A stretch of DNA of 64,000 bases from a virus: IMG/VR virus record IMGVR_UViG_3300036832_000855, positions 1 through 64,000 of that record; one strand, written 5' to 3'. This document shows positions 52,341 to 63,700 of this stretch, one piece after another; the first letter of the stretch is position 1, and every line of letters starts with the position of its first letter. The notes beneath the pieces were generated by a model. The model searched no databases and was not told the origin of the DNA. It saw only the letters and a list, made by a program, of their open reading frames with translations. The translations under genes and the position numbers were made by a program.

Positions 52341-53825
52341 TCAGCCGTCCGTCAGGGTCACGGTGCCCAGTTGGGCCACCTGCGGCGACGCGCCCGCCGC
52401 GAGCGCGATGTCGTTTACGGCACCGTTGACGAGCAGGTTGTTGACCTTGTGCACGCCGGTGACGAAGAAGGCTGCCTGCACGTGCTCGTAGACGATCGTG
52501 TCGCCAGGCTGGAGGCCTTGCAGGTAGGTCGCGAGCGCGGTCATGATCGCCTGCCGGGTCGCGATCGTGTTGCTGGTGCCGTCGAGCGTGTAGCCCTTCT
52601 CGGGGACGACCGTGGCCGAGATCGTGACCGTCAGGATCGCGGACGTGACGACGGTTACCGTGGCGCCGATCGGAGCTTGACCCTGCCCAAGCCCCGGCGT
52701 CGGATCGAGGAACTGCTGAAGCGTGGTAACGACACTGGCCGTGACCGGCGTACCGTCTGCGTTCATCGCGACGACCAGCACGGTTCCGGCGCCGTTCCAG
52801 ACCGGGATCACCGCCGCCCGACCGACGCCCTCCGACGCCGCCCAGCGCCGGTAGTCGGTGACGTTGCCGCCGCCCGACGTGCCGACGTACTCGCCGAGGA
52901 TCCGCAGCCGGAAGTCGTCGTCGGATTCCTCCTCCTGACCGCCCTGCATCGCACTCGGGTTGAAGACCGAGATCACGGTCGGGAGGACGGTGTCGAGCGA
53001 CGTGACCGCATTCGCAGCAACGTTGCTCGCTGTACCCGGCGTGAGCGCCTGCGCTGCCAGTGTGATCCCCGACGTCGTGTTCGTCGTCGGCTCGATCACG
53101 GTCGTGTTCGGCGAGACAGCGCCCGTGTCCGCGTAGGTCAAAGCGGTCACCGAGGCGAGAAGCTGCCCGGTCGACTGCGCCGTCTGCGTGACGTACACGT
53201 TGTAGGAGGTCGCGCCGCTGACGGCAGTCCAAGTGATCGTGTTCCGAGACGTCGTGCCCGTGTTCACGACCGACACGTCGGCGGAGCCGGTCGTCTCCCC
53301 GAACGCGTTCAGCGCCGTCACGTGGTAGTAGCGCGTGCCCGCGGCCAGCGTGCCGCCCGTGGTGGCACCCGCGACCGCCACGCCGGTGGGCTTGGGCAGC
53401 GACGCCGACGACGTCCCGCTCGCGGTCGTCTGGTAGCTCTGCACGTCGCCGGTCAGCGGAGCGACGGCCGACGCCTGCGTTCCGGCAGCGATCAGGGTCG
53501 GCGCCGACGCAAGGAACGTCAGCGAGCCGACGGCTGACGTCGCCGGGTTGCGCGTCAGCCCGAACGTGGTTCCGTGCTCGTCCAGGTAGTCGCCCCACGC
53601 GGTCGACGGGAACGCCGCGGCGATCGTCTCGGTCATCGCGTCCCACAGCCGCGCGCACTCCATCGCGGGCGGTTGCGTCATGTCCCAGTAGAACGAGCCC
53701 TCGCGAGTGTCCACCCAATCCGGGTCGTCGGTGGCCAGCCCGGCGTTGGCGTCCTGGTCCATCCGGGCCCGGACGCGCGCGAGCGTCTCGGAGAAGATCT
53801 CGGTCAGGTCAGTGACGTCTGTCAT
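52341..53825 (-). CDS. baseplate J-like protein
   Basis: DTREGS..A.GDYLDEHG..GLTR; GGQEEESDDDFRLR..GGNVTDYRRWA. Confidence 0.92.
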   Translation of the reverse strand: MTDVTDLTEIFSETLARVRARMDQDANAGLATDDPDWVDTREGSFYWDMTQPPAMECARLWDAMTETIAAAFPSTAWGDYLDEHGTTFGLTRNPATSAVGSLTFLASAPTLIAAGTQASAVAPLTGDVQSYQTTASGTSSASLPKPTGVAVAGATTGGTLAAGTRYYHVTALNAFGETTGSADVSVVNTGTTSRNTITWTAVSGATSYNVYVTQTAQSTGQLLASVTALTYADTGAVSPNTTVIEPTTNTTSGITLAAQALTPGTASNVAANAVTSLDTVLPTVISVFNPSAMQGGQEEESDDDFRLRILGEYVGTSGGGNVTDYRRWAASEGVGRAAVIPVWNGAGTVLVVAMNADGTPVTASVVTTLQQFLDPTPGLGQGQAPIGATVTVVTSAILTVTISATVVPEKGYTLDGTSNTIATRQAIMTALATYLQGLQPGDTIVYEHVQAAFFVTGVHKVNNLLVNGAVNDIALAAGASPQVAQLGTVTLTDG

Positions 53826-54349
53826 GTGATCGGGATGTTGCTGAATTCGAGAGGCTGGGTCTGCAACGGCGGCGCGCCGTCCACGATCACTGTGAACGAT
53901 GCGTAGAGCACCTCGTCAAACGGATCTTGCGAGAACCCGAAGCCCTCGACGGCCACGATCCGGTCGTGCACGAGGAGGGCCTCGGTGAGCCCGTCCTCAT
54001 ACGCGGAGAGCAGCGCGTCGTCGGCCTGCTGGCCGATCAGCGCGTCCGGCTCCTCAACGCCGTACTGGTCCGAGTAGATCGGGTGCGCGTACCGGGCTGT
54101 GCGCGCCGTTTTCTCGATCCACATGATCAGACTGTCCAGCTCGTAGGTCTCCTGCGGCGCCGTGCCGTCCTTGACGAATTGCCCGGCGACGAAGTCGAAC
54201 CGCCAGCTCTTGCCGAACGGGATCGGCGCGTCCGGATCGGTGTCGACCACGGGTGCGAGCGCCGCGTCGAGCTGGAGGTCCGGGTTGATCAGTCCAGGGT
54301 CGGGCGGGATCAGGTCGTAGCCGAGTGAGTCGGGCTCGATGATGCTCAT
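53822..54349 (-). CDS. baseplate gp25/XkdS-like (DUF2634) protein
   Basis: WRFDF..G.F...WIEK..RTARY..PIYS..YG.E...EALLVHDRI. Confidence 0.8.
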   Translation of the reverse strand: MSIIEPDSLGYDLIPPDPGLINPDLQLDAALAPVVDTDPDAPIPFGKSWRFDFVAGQFVKDGTAPQETYELDSLIMWIEKTARTARYAHPIYSDQYGVEEPDALIGQQADDALLSAYEDGLTEALLVHDRIVAVEGFGFSQDPFDEVLYASFTVIVDGAPPLQTQPLEFSNIPIT

Positions 54350-54705
54350 GACGTCTCAGGCGGCTCGTTGAACCACAGGATCGTCGGCTCCCCCGTGACG
54401 AGCGCCGCCTGCTCGGCCTGCGCCTCGATGGACAGGTCGGTGCTGACGGCGAAGGTCTGGGTCTCGGCGATATCGAGCGCGTGCAGATCGCCGTTGAGCG
54501 CAAACGGCAGGTACGCCGCAGCCCGCTGGATCGCGTCCTCCTCGTGGTCTGCCGCGACGATCACGGCGTGAACCGGCGTCACGTCCGGCTGCGGGATCAC
54601 CCCGATCGGGACGCCCGGGTCCAGGCCCGTGTCCGGCAGCGGCGGATACCCGCCCTCTGGCGGCGGCGGCATGGGAACAGACGCGAACACGATGTATCTG
54701 GGCAT
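54346..54705 (-). CDS. hypothetical structural-module protein
   Basis: GGAG RBS; lies in the tail operon. Confidence 0.6.
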   Translation of the reverse strand: MPRYIVFASVPMPPPPEGGYPPLPDTGLDPGVPIGVIPQPDVTPVHAVIVAADHEEDAIQRAAAYLPFALNGDLHALDIAETQTFAVSTDLSIEAQAEQAALVTGEPTILWFNEPPETS

Positions 54706-54714
54706 CGCTCACTC

Positions 54715-55437
54715 CTAGATCTGGATCGTTTGGACGGTCTCGGCCGCGACCCCGTCGTCGTCGGTGACCGCCAGTGTCACGTCGTAGCTGCCGAACTTCG
54801 TGAACGTGTACATCGGCGTCGGACCGGCATCGAGCAGCTCGTCGGCTCCGAAGCTCCAGTCGTAGCGCGCAATCGGAGTCGCGCCCGGCGTCGAGGAACT
54901 CGCGTCGAACTGAACCTGGTCGCCCTTCTGCGGCTCGGTCGGCGTGAACGTGAACGCGGCGACGGGAGGCGACGGCTCGACGTCAGGCGGCGGCGGCTCA
55001 ACTGGCGGCTCGTCCGGTGGCGGCTCCTCCGGTGGCGCTACCGACGACGCTGGGGGCACTCCAGGCGCCATCGTCGGCGGGAACACCTGCAAGGCGCCGC
55101 GGATCAGCAGGTTCACCTGCTCGGTCAACGCCCGGACCTGCTGGTTGATGGTGGCCGTCGACGCGTCCCGAGCCCTGAGGAACATCTGGTTGGGCCGAAG
55201 GCAGTCGTGCAACTGGTCGCGTCCCGCCTGGCGAACCTGCTCCAGCGCCTGCGGCGCTCCGGGCGAGAACGTCTCGCCGTCGTACGTGTACCCCGGCTCA
55301 GGTCGCGGGTCAGCGTCAGTCGCATTCACGAAGGCGGGCGCAACCATGTGCGGCGGGATCGTGTCCGAGCCGTAGTCGTACATCGTGACGACCACCGCCG
55401 GGTCTTGCGTTGCGTCAAGTTCTGCAATCAGTGTCAT
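54715..55437 (-). CDS. PKD-domain protein
   Basis: PVAAFTFTP...VQFDASSS...YDWSFG...GSYDVTLAVTDDDG. Confidence 0.85.
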   Translation of the reverse strand: MTLIAELDATQDPAVVVTMYDYGSDTIPPHMVAPAFVNATDADPRPEPGYTYDGETFSPGAPQALEQVRQAGRDQLHDCLRPNQMFLRARDASTATINQQVRALTEQVNLLIRGALQVFPPTMAPGVPPASSVAPPEEPPPDEPPVEPPPPDVEPSPPVAAFTFTPTEPQKGDQVQFDASSSTPGATPIARYDWSFGADELLDAGPTPMYTFTKFGSYDVTLAVTDDDGVAAETVQTIQI

Positions 55438-58400
55438 CCGACCCTCCTGGGCTTCGCCTTGATCCATCCGTTTGCGTAGTTCGCCGCGTTGGCGGCGTTG
55501 TTCCAGACCATGAGCGACAAGACTTGTGCGGCGGTGAGATTGGCGAATACTTGCTCCCTCACCATGTCGCCCCCGCCCCACAGCGCAGTTGCCACCGACT
55601 GCGCGGCGACCCACCCGGTCGGCAGCGCACCATTCACGCCGACCGCCGTCTGAAGGTTGACCTGAGCGCTGACGGTCACCTGGCCGAAGCATCCCCACGT
55701 GACGTCATAGTCGCCCGGCAAAGGAACGGTGATCGTTGGCCCGCCACTAAGCGCCACCGCCGACGTCGATGAAGTGCCAGTGGAACCCGAAGGACCAGCT
55801 TGCATATCTGAGCCGCCAACAAGCTCCCACTTGTGCGTCGAGGTCGACGCCGCCCGGTACTTCAGGTGCCACACCACCCCGTTCGTTTGATCGGCCACGA
55901 AGTAGAACTCCTGCCCGTCGACCGGGTTCGACGGCAGCCCGGAGCTGGAGACGAGCGGAGTCGTGACCGGCAGCGGCGCGGGGGCCTGCGTGAGCAGAGA
56001 GACGGAGAGGAAGTTCTCGGTGATCGGTATGCCAACGTCGAGCGCGGTGCCCTGCCCGCTGTAGCACCACAGCTCGATGTAATCGCCTGCGTTGCACTGA
56101 ACCTTGTCACTAACCGCCGCCCCGTAGTAGTTCGCGACGGCGGGCTGGGAGTAGGCGCGAGACACCATCGCACCGTTCTTGTAGATCGCCACGAGAACGT
56201 TTGTGTAGGTGCCCGTAGCGCTGGCCGACGAGCCGAACTCCGCATCCACGGCGTAGACGCCAGCCACCGGGCAGACGTAGCGGCTATTGGCGATCTGGAT
56301 GCAGCCGCTCGGGTCGAACGAGACGGTGTCCACCGGGATCTTGGTGTAGGTGTTCGCTGGTGGCGTGTACGCGGCGTTGCGGTAGGCCCGTGCTGCGTAG
56401 GACGGTGCTGCGATCGGGGCGGTCCCGATCAGCGAGACGGACAGGTAGTTCTGCGACGGGCTTGCGACCACGGTCAGCGCCAGGTTGCAGTACGACCACA
56501 ACTCGATGTAGTCGCCCGCGTTGCACTGAATCTGGTCGCTGACCTCGCCGTATGCCGTGCCCCCTGACACCGGCGCGGCGATCGGCAGCGCCGACCACTG
56601 GGTGCCGTTCTTGTAGATGCCGACATAGCCGCTGGCTACGCCACCCGAGTTGTACCCGGCGAGCGCAGCGTCAACCTGGTAGTAGCCGCCGGTCGGGCAG
56701 ACGTACCGATTGTTCGCGATCTGAACGTTCCCGCCCGCGTCGAACCCAACGGTGTCGATCGGCACTTTCGCCCAGGCGTTCACGGTGGATTGCGTGAACG
56801 CTGCCGAGCGGTACGCCTTCGCCTGACTCGCGGGCTGTAGCGGCTGCTGCTGCACCGCCGTCGCCGCAACAAGCGAGACGGAGAGGTAGTTCGCGTTGTA
56901 CCCCGTCTGCAAGGGAGCGGTTGTACCGGCGTAGCCCCACAGCTCAAGTTTGTCGCCCGCGACACAGTTGATGATGTCGCTGACCACCACGGCAGGGAAA
57001 CCGCCCGCTACCGCGTCACTCTCACCCTGCGCGATGTTGCCACCGTTCTTGTATATGGCGGCTAGCACCCGCGTGGCTGCAGCCAACGGTTGCACCTGAA
57101 CCATCCCCGAGACCTCGTAGTAGCCAGCCACCGGGCAGACGTAGGAGCTGGGCGATACGCCAAAGTGGTTACCGGGATCAAACGGCACCGTGTCGACGGG
57201 GATCTTTGTCCACGTACCCGCCGTTATCGAGAACGCGCCATTGCGCCATGCTCGTGCTGCAGAGGTCGCGTTCAGGTTCGCCCCGGCGAGCGACCAACCC
57301 TGGTCGGTCCACGCCCCGCCGACCATCTGGAAAACCTCGCCATCGGACTGGCGTACGCAGAAGTCGCCGTTGTTGCCGGGGACCTGAGCGAGGGTCGGGG
57401 TGCCCGAGCCGTTGTACGTCTTCCAGCCCGCGCCGGGCGAGCCGCCCGTATCAACCTTGACAACCGAGAGGTAGTTGAAGGCCGAGCTTGTTAGAAGCGG
57501 GTCACCAACGCCCGAATAGGCGTACAACTCCACATAATCGCCCGCACTGAGCTGGAGAACGTCTGAGACGGTGACAGCCCAAGCACCGCCCGATCCCGGG
57601 ATGATGCGTCCCCCGTCTGTGCGGGCCGCACCATTTACGTTGATCTGAGCAATCAGCAGCGAGCCAGAAGCGGCGTTGGTCTCAACCTGACCTTCAACGT
57701 GGTAGTAGCCCGCAGTGGGGCAGACGTACCGCCCGTTCGCGATCTGGAGGTTGCTACCCGCGTCGTAGGTGACGGTGTCCACCGGGATCTTCGTGTAGGC
57801 GCCCGCAGACAGCGTCAATGCTGCGTTGCGGTACGCCCGCGCGGCCGTGTTCATCGCGTACTGGACGAACTGGCCCGTCTGGCCGACCATCGAGACGGAC
57901 AGGTAGTTGGTGACGGTAGCGACCTGAAGTGCGCCGCCCGTGCCGTAGCCCCACAGCTCCAGGTAGTCGCCAGCCTGGCAATAGATGATGTCGCTGACCG
58001 AAGACGAGTACGCGGTCGCAAAGGTGCCCGTCGCGGCCTGGGAGCCGTTCTTGTAGATGATCGCTTCGATGCTCCCCGTACCGACGCTGAGGTTGATCTG
58101 CCCGTCCACCTGGTAGTAGCCGCTCGCCGGACAGATGTAGCGACCGTTGGCGAGCTGGAAGTTGCCGCCCGGGTCGAACGACACCGTGTCGAACGGAATC
58201 TTCGTGTTGGTGCTCGCAGGCAGCGTGAACGCGGCACTGCGGTTCGCCCTAGCCTGCGTGACCGGCGCGACCCCGGCCGAGATCGACGAGACGAGCGAGA
58301 CGGCGAGGAACGTCTGCTGCGCGCCAGGGTTTATTCCTGCGATGGTGCTGTAGACGTACAGCTCAAGGTAGTCGCCCGCATTGCACTGGATGACGTCGGA

Positions 58401-60698
58401 AAGTACGGCGGTGCCGTTGACCACGTTAGATGTGAGTCCGGTGCCCACGGTGGCCACAGTGCCGTTCTTCTGAACCCAAATCTGGATGCTCTGGCCCGCC
58501 GCGGCCTGCTGCACAGAGCCCTCGATGTGGTAGTAGCCAGCCGTCTGGATCTGGATGCGGCCATTAGCGGTGCTGACAAGTCCAGACGTGTCGTAGCTGG
58601 CCGCGTCGAGCGGGATCTTCTGCCATGAACTCGCAGTGACCGACAGGGCGGCACTCCGGTACGCGCGCGCCGCTATCGCCCCGGTAGTCAGGCCGCTCTG
58701 GAGCTGCGCCTGCTGGCCGACCTGAACGACGGAGAGGTAGTTACTCCAGGTGCCGACTATGTTCATCGCGACGGCTGTACTCGCGTTCCAGGCGCCGAGT
58801 TGGAGATAGTCGCCCGCGTTGCACTGGATCACGTCCGAACCGACCGACTCTTGATTCACGGTTCCGACACCGCTACCCGTCGCCACCTGTGCGCCGTTCT
58901 TGAACAGCAGCGCTAGGCACGACGCGGAGCCGATGATGGCGAAGTTGCACTGGTAATAGCCAGTCACAGGACAGGTGTAGCGGTTGGTCGAGAGTGAGAA
59001 GTTCCCAGCGGGGTCGAAGCTAATGGTGTCAACGGGAACTGCCGCAGCGGTAGAGGCGGGAATCGTGTACGCAGCACCACGGTACGCCCGCGCTGCGCTC
59101 GTGACCGCCGGGCTGCTCGGCAGCGCCGACACCATCGAGACGGCGAGGAAGTTGCGCCAGGGCGTAGTCGATAGCGCTTGACTTGTGCCGCCCGGAGTCC
59201 AGACGTAAAGCTCTAGGTAATCACCCACGTTCAGTTGCAGGGTGTCGCTCAGCACGGCACCGGTCCCGCCCGAGCCGCTGGCGATGATGTTGCCCTCACT
59301 GCCCTCGACGCCATTTCGGTTCACGTAGATCTGCATGGACCCGGAAGTCATGCTTCCGGCCATCACCTCGGCGTCGATCTGGTAGTAGCCCGCGGTCTGG
59401 ATCTGGATGCGGTTATTCGCGAGCTGCACAAGGCCGCTCGTGTCGTAGTTGATCGCGTCGAGCGGAATCTTCTGCGCACCACCGGTCAGCGTGAACGCAC
59501 CGCTACGGTACGCCCGCGCGGCAACCGCCCCGGTGGTGAGGCCACTCGCGAGCTGTGTCGTCTGACCGACCATCGAGACCGAGAAGTAACAGCCGCTACT
59601 GCTCGGGTAGATCGGCTTCGCCGCTGCGTAGGTCCAGAACTCTAGATAGTCCCCGGCGTTGCAGAACACGATGTCGCTGACCGTTGCCCCGGCCTCGACA
59701 GGGTTGGCAGCGACCGTCGCACCCGACGCCGCCGAGGTGCCGTTCTTGTAGATCGCGGCGACGTAAGAGTCGGTCGTCGTGACATCGTTCACAGTGAACC
59801 CGGCGTTACACTGGTAGTACCCGGTGGCAGGCACGGTGTAGCGGCTGTTCGCCAAGTTGAAACACGCACCGGGGTCGTAGGCGATCGTGTCTACTGGAAA
59901 CTTCGTCCATCCGGTTCCCAGCGTGTATGCGGCGCTGCGCCATGCCCTCGCCTGCGTGACCGGCGAGACCGTCCCCGAGATCGAGGAGACGAGGGACGCG
60001 GAGAGGTAGTTGCTGGCGGCGTTGCCGGTGTACGTGTTGACGGCACCGGGCGAGTTCTGGAGCGCGTACAGCTCCAGGTAGTCGCCAGCGTTGCACTGGA
60101 CGACGTCAGCTACAGCCGCGCCGTAGTCCTGACCTGACGAGGTCGCGGCGAATATGCCGCCTGTAGTGACACGAACGCCGTTCTTGTAGATCGCCGCTAT
60201 GCACTCACCCGTCGCGCCCCCGGACGGCCCGCCGGACCATGCGCCCTCAACCTGGTAGTAGCCCGCGGTCTGAACCTGAATGCGACCGCTGGCGATGCTG
60301 ACCATTCCGCTCGTATCAAAGACGGTCGTGTCGACCGCGATCTTCGTCCATGTCGCACCCGACGGAAGGCTCACCGCCGCGTTGCGGTACGCGCGCGCCG
60401 CCACGGCCAGCGCCGGGATGCTCACGTCCGAGGAGTTCGCCCCCGAGTTGTCGACCGTCGTGACCCCAGCGCCCTTGAAGTTCAGGTTCGTCCGGGCAGG
60501 AAGGCTCGCGCCCTGGTTCTGAATCGTGTGCCCAGCACCGCCGCCGCCCCCGCTGCCCCCGGTCGCGGACACCCACGTAGACCCGTTCCACCAGTAGAGG
60601 ATGTTCGCCCCGGTGTCGTAGTACATCTCGCCATTCGCGGGCGACGCCGGGGCTCCAGCCAGGCGCGGCGGATGCAGGCGGCCAATGGTGTCGGGCAT
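55434..60698 (-). CDS. giant fibre/adhesin with 10 tandem C1q/TNF-like domains
   Basis: Repeat ARAYR..KIPxDT..FD..RY.CP..GYY.V..IYKNG..SD.IQCNAGDYLEL..NYLSV x10; start re-called to ATG 60698 with GGAGAG RBS. Confidence 0.85.
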   Translation of the reverse strand: MPDTIGRLHPPRLAGAPASPANGEMYYDTGANILYWWNGSTWVSATGGSGGGGGAGHTIQNQGASLPARTNLNFKGAGVTTVDNSGANSSDVSIPALAVAARAYRNAAVSLPSGATWTKIAVDTTVFDTSGMVSIASGRIQVQTAGYYQVEGAWSGGPSGGATGECIAAIYKNGVRVTTGGIFAATSSGQDYGAAVADVVQCNAGDYLELYALQNSPGAVNTYTGNAASNYLSASLVSSISGTVSPVTQARAWRSAAYTLGTGWTKFPVDTIAYDPGACFNLANSRYTVPATGYYQCNAGFTVNDVTTTDSYVAAIYKNGTSAASGATVAANPVEAGATVSDIVFCNAGDYLEFWTYAAAKPIYPSSSGCYFSVSMVGQTTQLASGLTTGAVAARAYRSGAFTLTGGAQKIPLDAINYDTSGLVQLANNRIQIQTAGYYQIDAEVMAGSMTSGSMQIYVNRNGVEGSEGNIIASGSGGTGAVLSDTLQLNVGDYLELYVWTPGGTSQALSTTPWRNFLAVSMVSALPSSPAVTSAARAYRGAAYTIPASTAAAVPVDTISFDPAGNFSLSTNRYTCPVTGYYQCNFAIIGSASCLALLFKNGAQVATGSGVGTVNQESVGSDVIQCNAGDYLQLGAWNASTAVAMNIVGTWSNYLSVVQVGQQAQLQSGLTTGAIAARAYRSAALSVTASSWQKIPLDAASYDTSGLVSTANGRIQIQTAGYYHIEGSVQQAAAGQSIQIWVQKNGTVATVGTGLTSNVVNGTAVLSDVIQCNAGDYLELYVYSTIAGINPGAQQTFLAVSLVSSISAGVAPVTQARANRSAAFTLPASTNTKIPFDTVSFDPGGNFQLANGRYICPASGYYQVDGQINLSVGTGSIEAIIYKNGSQAATGTFATAYSSSVSDIIYCQAGDYLELWGYGTGGALQVATVTNYLSVSMVGQTGQFVQYAMNTAARAYRNAALTLSAGAYTKIPVDTVTYDAGSNLQIANGRYVCPTAGYYHVEGQVETNAASGSLLIAQINVNGAARTDGGRIIPGSGGAWAVTVSDVLQLSAGDYVELYAYSGVGDPLLTSSAFNYLSVVKVDTGGSPGAGWKTYNGSGTPTLAQVPGNNGDFCVRQSDGEVFQMVGGAWTDQGWSLAGANLNATSAARAWRNGAFSITAGTWTKIPVDTVPFDPGNHFGVSPSSYVCPVAGYYEVSGMVQVQPLAAATRVLAAIYKNGGNIAQGESDAVAGGFPAVVVSDIINCVAGDKLELWGYAGTTAPLQTGYNANYLSVSLVAATAVQQQPLQPASQAKAYRSAAFTQSTVNAWAKVPIDTVGFDAGGNVQIANNRYVCPTGGYYQVDAALAGYNSGGVASGYVGIYKNGTQWSALPIAAPVSGGTAYGEVSDQIQCNAGDYIELWSYCNLALTVVASPSQNYLSVSLIGTAPIAAPSYAARAYRNAAYTPPANTYTKIPVDTVSFDPSGCIQIANSRYVCPVAGVYAVDAEFGSSASATGTYTNVLVAIYKNGAMVSRAYSQPAVANYYGAAVSDKVQCNAGDYIELWCYSGQGTALDVGIPITENFLSVSLLTQAPAPLPVTTPLVSSSGLPSNPVDGQEFYFVADQTNGVVWHLKYRAASTSTHKWELVGGSDMQAGPSGSTGTSSTSAVALSGGPTITVPLPGDYDVTWGCFGQVTVSAQVNLQTAVGVNGALPTGWVAAQSVATALWGGGDMVREQVFANLTAAQVLSLMVWNNAANAANYANGWIKAKPRRVG

Positions 60699-60712
60699 CG
60701 GTGTCGCTCTCC

Positions 60713-63700
60713 CTAGTTCACGATCTTCAAGCTGGCCCTGCCAACGGCAGTCGCGCCCGCTGCGACCACCCCACCCGCCGTATTCCAGTACCCGACCAGA
60801 AGCGACGTGATGTTCGTCGCTCCGTCCCACCAGTTCACGCCGCCGCGCCAGGTCATGCAATAGCTGGGCTGACCTGCCGGAACGAACGACCCCGAATGGT
60901 TGCTGCTGCGGCCCATCGCTTGCGGCGGGTTGATCGCCAGCGCCGAGATGCGCGTCTCCGAGTGCAGGCGCCCGCCGGTGTTCCAGTCGGAATGCCCGGC
61001 CGGAAACCCGTACGGCGGACAGCTACTCTTGCCCAGCCCATCGTTCGTGAACGTGGTCCCGTCCGTCGTGAACGTTCGGTTCTCAGCCCACTGGTTGAAC
61101 CCGCTGTACTGACCATTCGGCTGGATGAAGCAATACCAGTTGGCGGCTGCGCCGGTGACGATTATGTCGAGGACGACCTCGTACAGCACGTCCCGATTGC
61201 CATCCAGGCCGGTGAACGTGCACAGGACCGGAGTCCCCGTCACGTTGATCATCTGCACCGTCGGCGCTTGCGCGACCCCGGCCGACACCTTCCACGTCTG
61301 GTCGACCCATACGCCGCTGGTTCGTTTGAACACTTCGCTGTCGGACGTTCTCACGGCCATGTCGTTGTCGATCTCGCCGACAAACGAACCGACAGCGGGG
61401 GTGCCCGCCCCGTTGTACGAATACCAGTTCGACCCGCGTGTGCCGACCGCGTAGGTCGTCACCGCGTCGGTGTCGAACTCGACGTTCGAGAGGCTGAGAT
61501 AAGCATTGCTTGCATTCGCGGCCTGCACTTGGCCATCGGTGCCGACGTTGATTCGGACGTGCGCGTTGGAGTTCGTGTCGCAGGCGATGATCAGCGGAGC
61601 GGGCGGGCGATAGCCAGGCGGCAGCGTGAAGATCGTCGCCGCAGCCGTCCCACCTGCGACGAGACCCCTGACCTGAACCCTGCCATCGGGATACTTGCGG
61701 AACGACAACTGCTCGAACGAAGTCCTCACCGAGTAGTTGACCCAGGCGTTCTGGAACGCAGGCTCGCCGGAGCCTCCCACCCAGTGCCACGTGTCCATCG
61801 TCGCCATGCCGGTCGACTGCTTCCAGTTCTGATCGGTCCACACCCCGTTGATGCGCCGGAAGACCTCGCCGTCCGATGCCCGCACGGCCATGTCGCCGTC
61901 CAGCTCGTTCAGGAACGTACCCGCCGCGGGCGTCCCGGCGCCGGTGTACGTGAACCAGTTCGAGCCGCGCTGCCCTTGCGGGCCGGGCCCTGCCGTGATC
62001 AGCACTACCGACATGAACGTCATCTGCGCGTTGATCTGAACCGCTGTGCCCTGCTGGTTGAAGACCCACAGTTCCAGGTAGTCACCGGCGATGCACTGGA
62101 TCGTGTCGGCGTACGTGAGGCTGTCGCCTTGCTGCACAGCGGTAATCGGCCCGCCGTAGCCGTACAGCGCGCCGTTCTTGTACATCCCGACCGCGTAGTT
62201 CGTATACGTCCCCGTGCCGCTCATGGTGGACATGACGCTTGCGCTCACCTGGTACACGCCAGGAGTCGCAATGTTGAATCGGCCTTGCGACGTGTTGACC
62301 AAGCTTGCCGTGTCGTAGGAGACCGCTGCCATCGGTACCTTCGTCCAGGCGTTGGCAGCGGGCGTAAGTGCAGCGGTGGGATACCCCCGCGCTGCCACGA
62401 CCGGCGCGGTCGACCGATTCGTGTAGTTCTGGTCGACCCAGACCCCGTTGACCCGCTGGAACTCCTCGCCGTCCGACTTGCGGATGGCCCAGTCGCCGTC
62501 CAGCTCCCCAACGAACGTGCCCGCTGCCGGGGTGCCGACCCCGTTGTACATGAACCACGTTGCGCCTCGCAGGCCCGTCGCGCCCTGCAGCGCGCCGCCC
62601 GAGTTGACCTGCACGCCGGTTACTTTGACGATCAGGGCCACGGCGCACCAGGGCGGCATGTTCTCGTGAGTGCTGCCGCTTCCGTCGTTGTTGATCCCGA
62701 GCGCGGGCACCGAATGGGCGTGGTTCGAGTTGTTGTACGAGTTCGACTGCCAGTCCGTGTTACTCGTGGTGTTATGCGTGTGATTCGCGCTGATCCCGCT
62801 CGTGTTTGACCCACCGCCAATCGTCGCGCAGCCCTGGCCCCCGGACTGGGTCACTGGCGAGTTGTTCGCCGACAACGACAGGCTGTGCGAGTGGTCGTTC
62901 GACACGTAGCCCGTGTTGAAGTTGACGTTGTGGTAGTGGTTCGTATCGGCGTAACCGCTGGTACCGCCACCAGTCGCACCGCCGTGGTTATGGACGGCCA
63001 GCTCGGCCGTGATCAGCGCGTGGCGCTCCTCGCCGCCGTAGCCAGAGAGCGCGCGGCTAGTCAAGGCCGATCCGCCAGAGATCTTGCCGGTGCCGGACGC
63101 TCCGCCGCCGACGCCAACTCCGGACCCAACGAGCATCCGTCCTCGCAGGTCCGGGATGTTGAACGACGCGCCGTCCGGCAGACCCCACGGCGAGCCGGTG
63201 CTGCCAAGCGCGGTGAACAGGTCGGGGTAGGCGGCACGGTTCAGTGCCCGCCCGTCGGCCAGCATCCAGTTGGTCGGGATCGCCGCGCCCGTCCAGGCCT
63301 TGACCGTGCCGACCGGATCGGTGTCGTAGATGTTGCCGGTCGTCTTGTAGTTCTGGTCAATCCAAGACCCAGCGACGCGCTGGAACACCTCGTTGTCGGC
63401 GGCACGCACGCACAGGTCGCCGTTCAACTCGCCCGTGAACGTCCCGGGCGGTGGCGTGCCAAGGCTGGTGTACGTGTACCACAGCGAGCCGCGCGTTCCG
63501 GTCGGGCCCTGAGCCCCGGCGCCGGACAGCACCACAACGGTGTACTGGCCCGATGCCGGGACGCTCGTGGTGCGCACCGTCACCGTGCTGTTGTCGGTGT
63601 GCTCAACGTCGGCCTCGACGTCGTCGTACGGCGGGGCCGAGCGGTAGACGCGAACGATCACGTTCCGCGCGCCGAGGTTGTGGGTGACGACGAACGTCTG

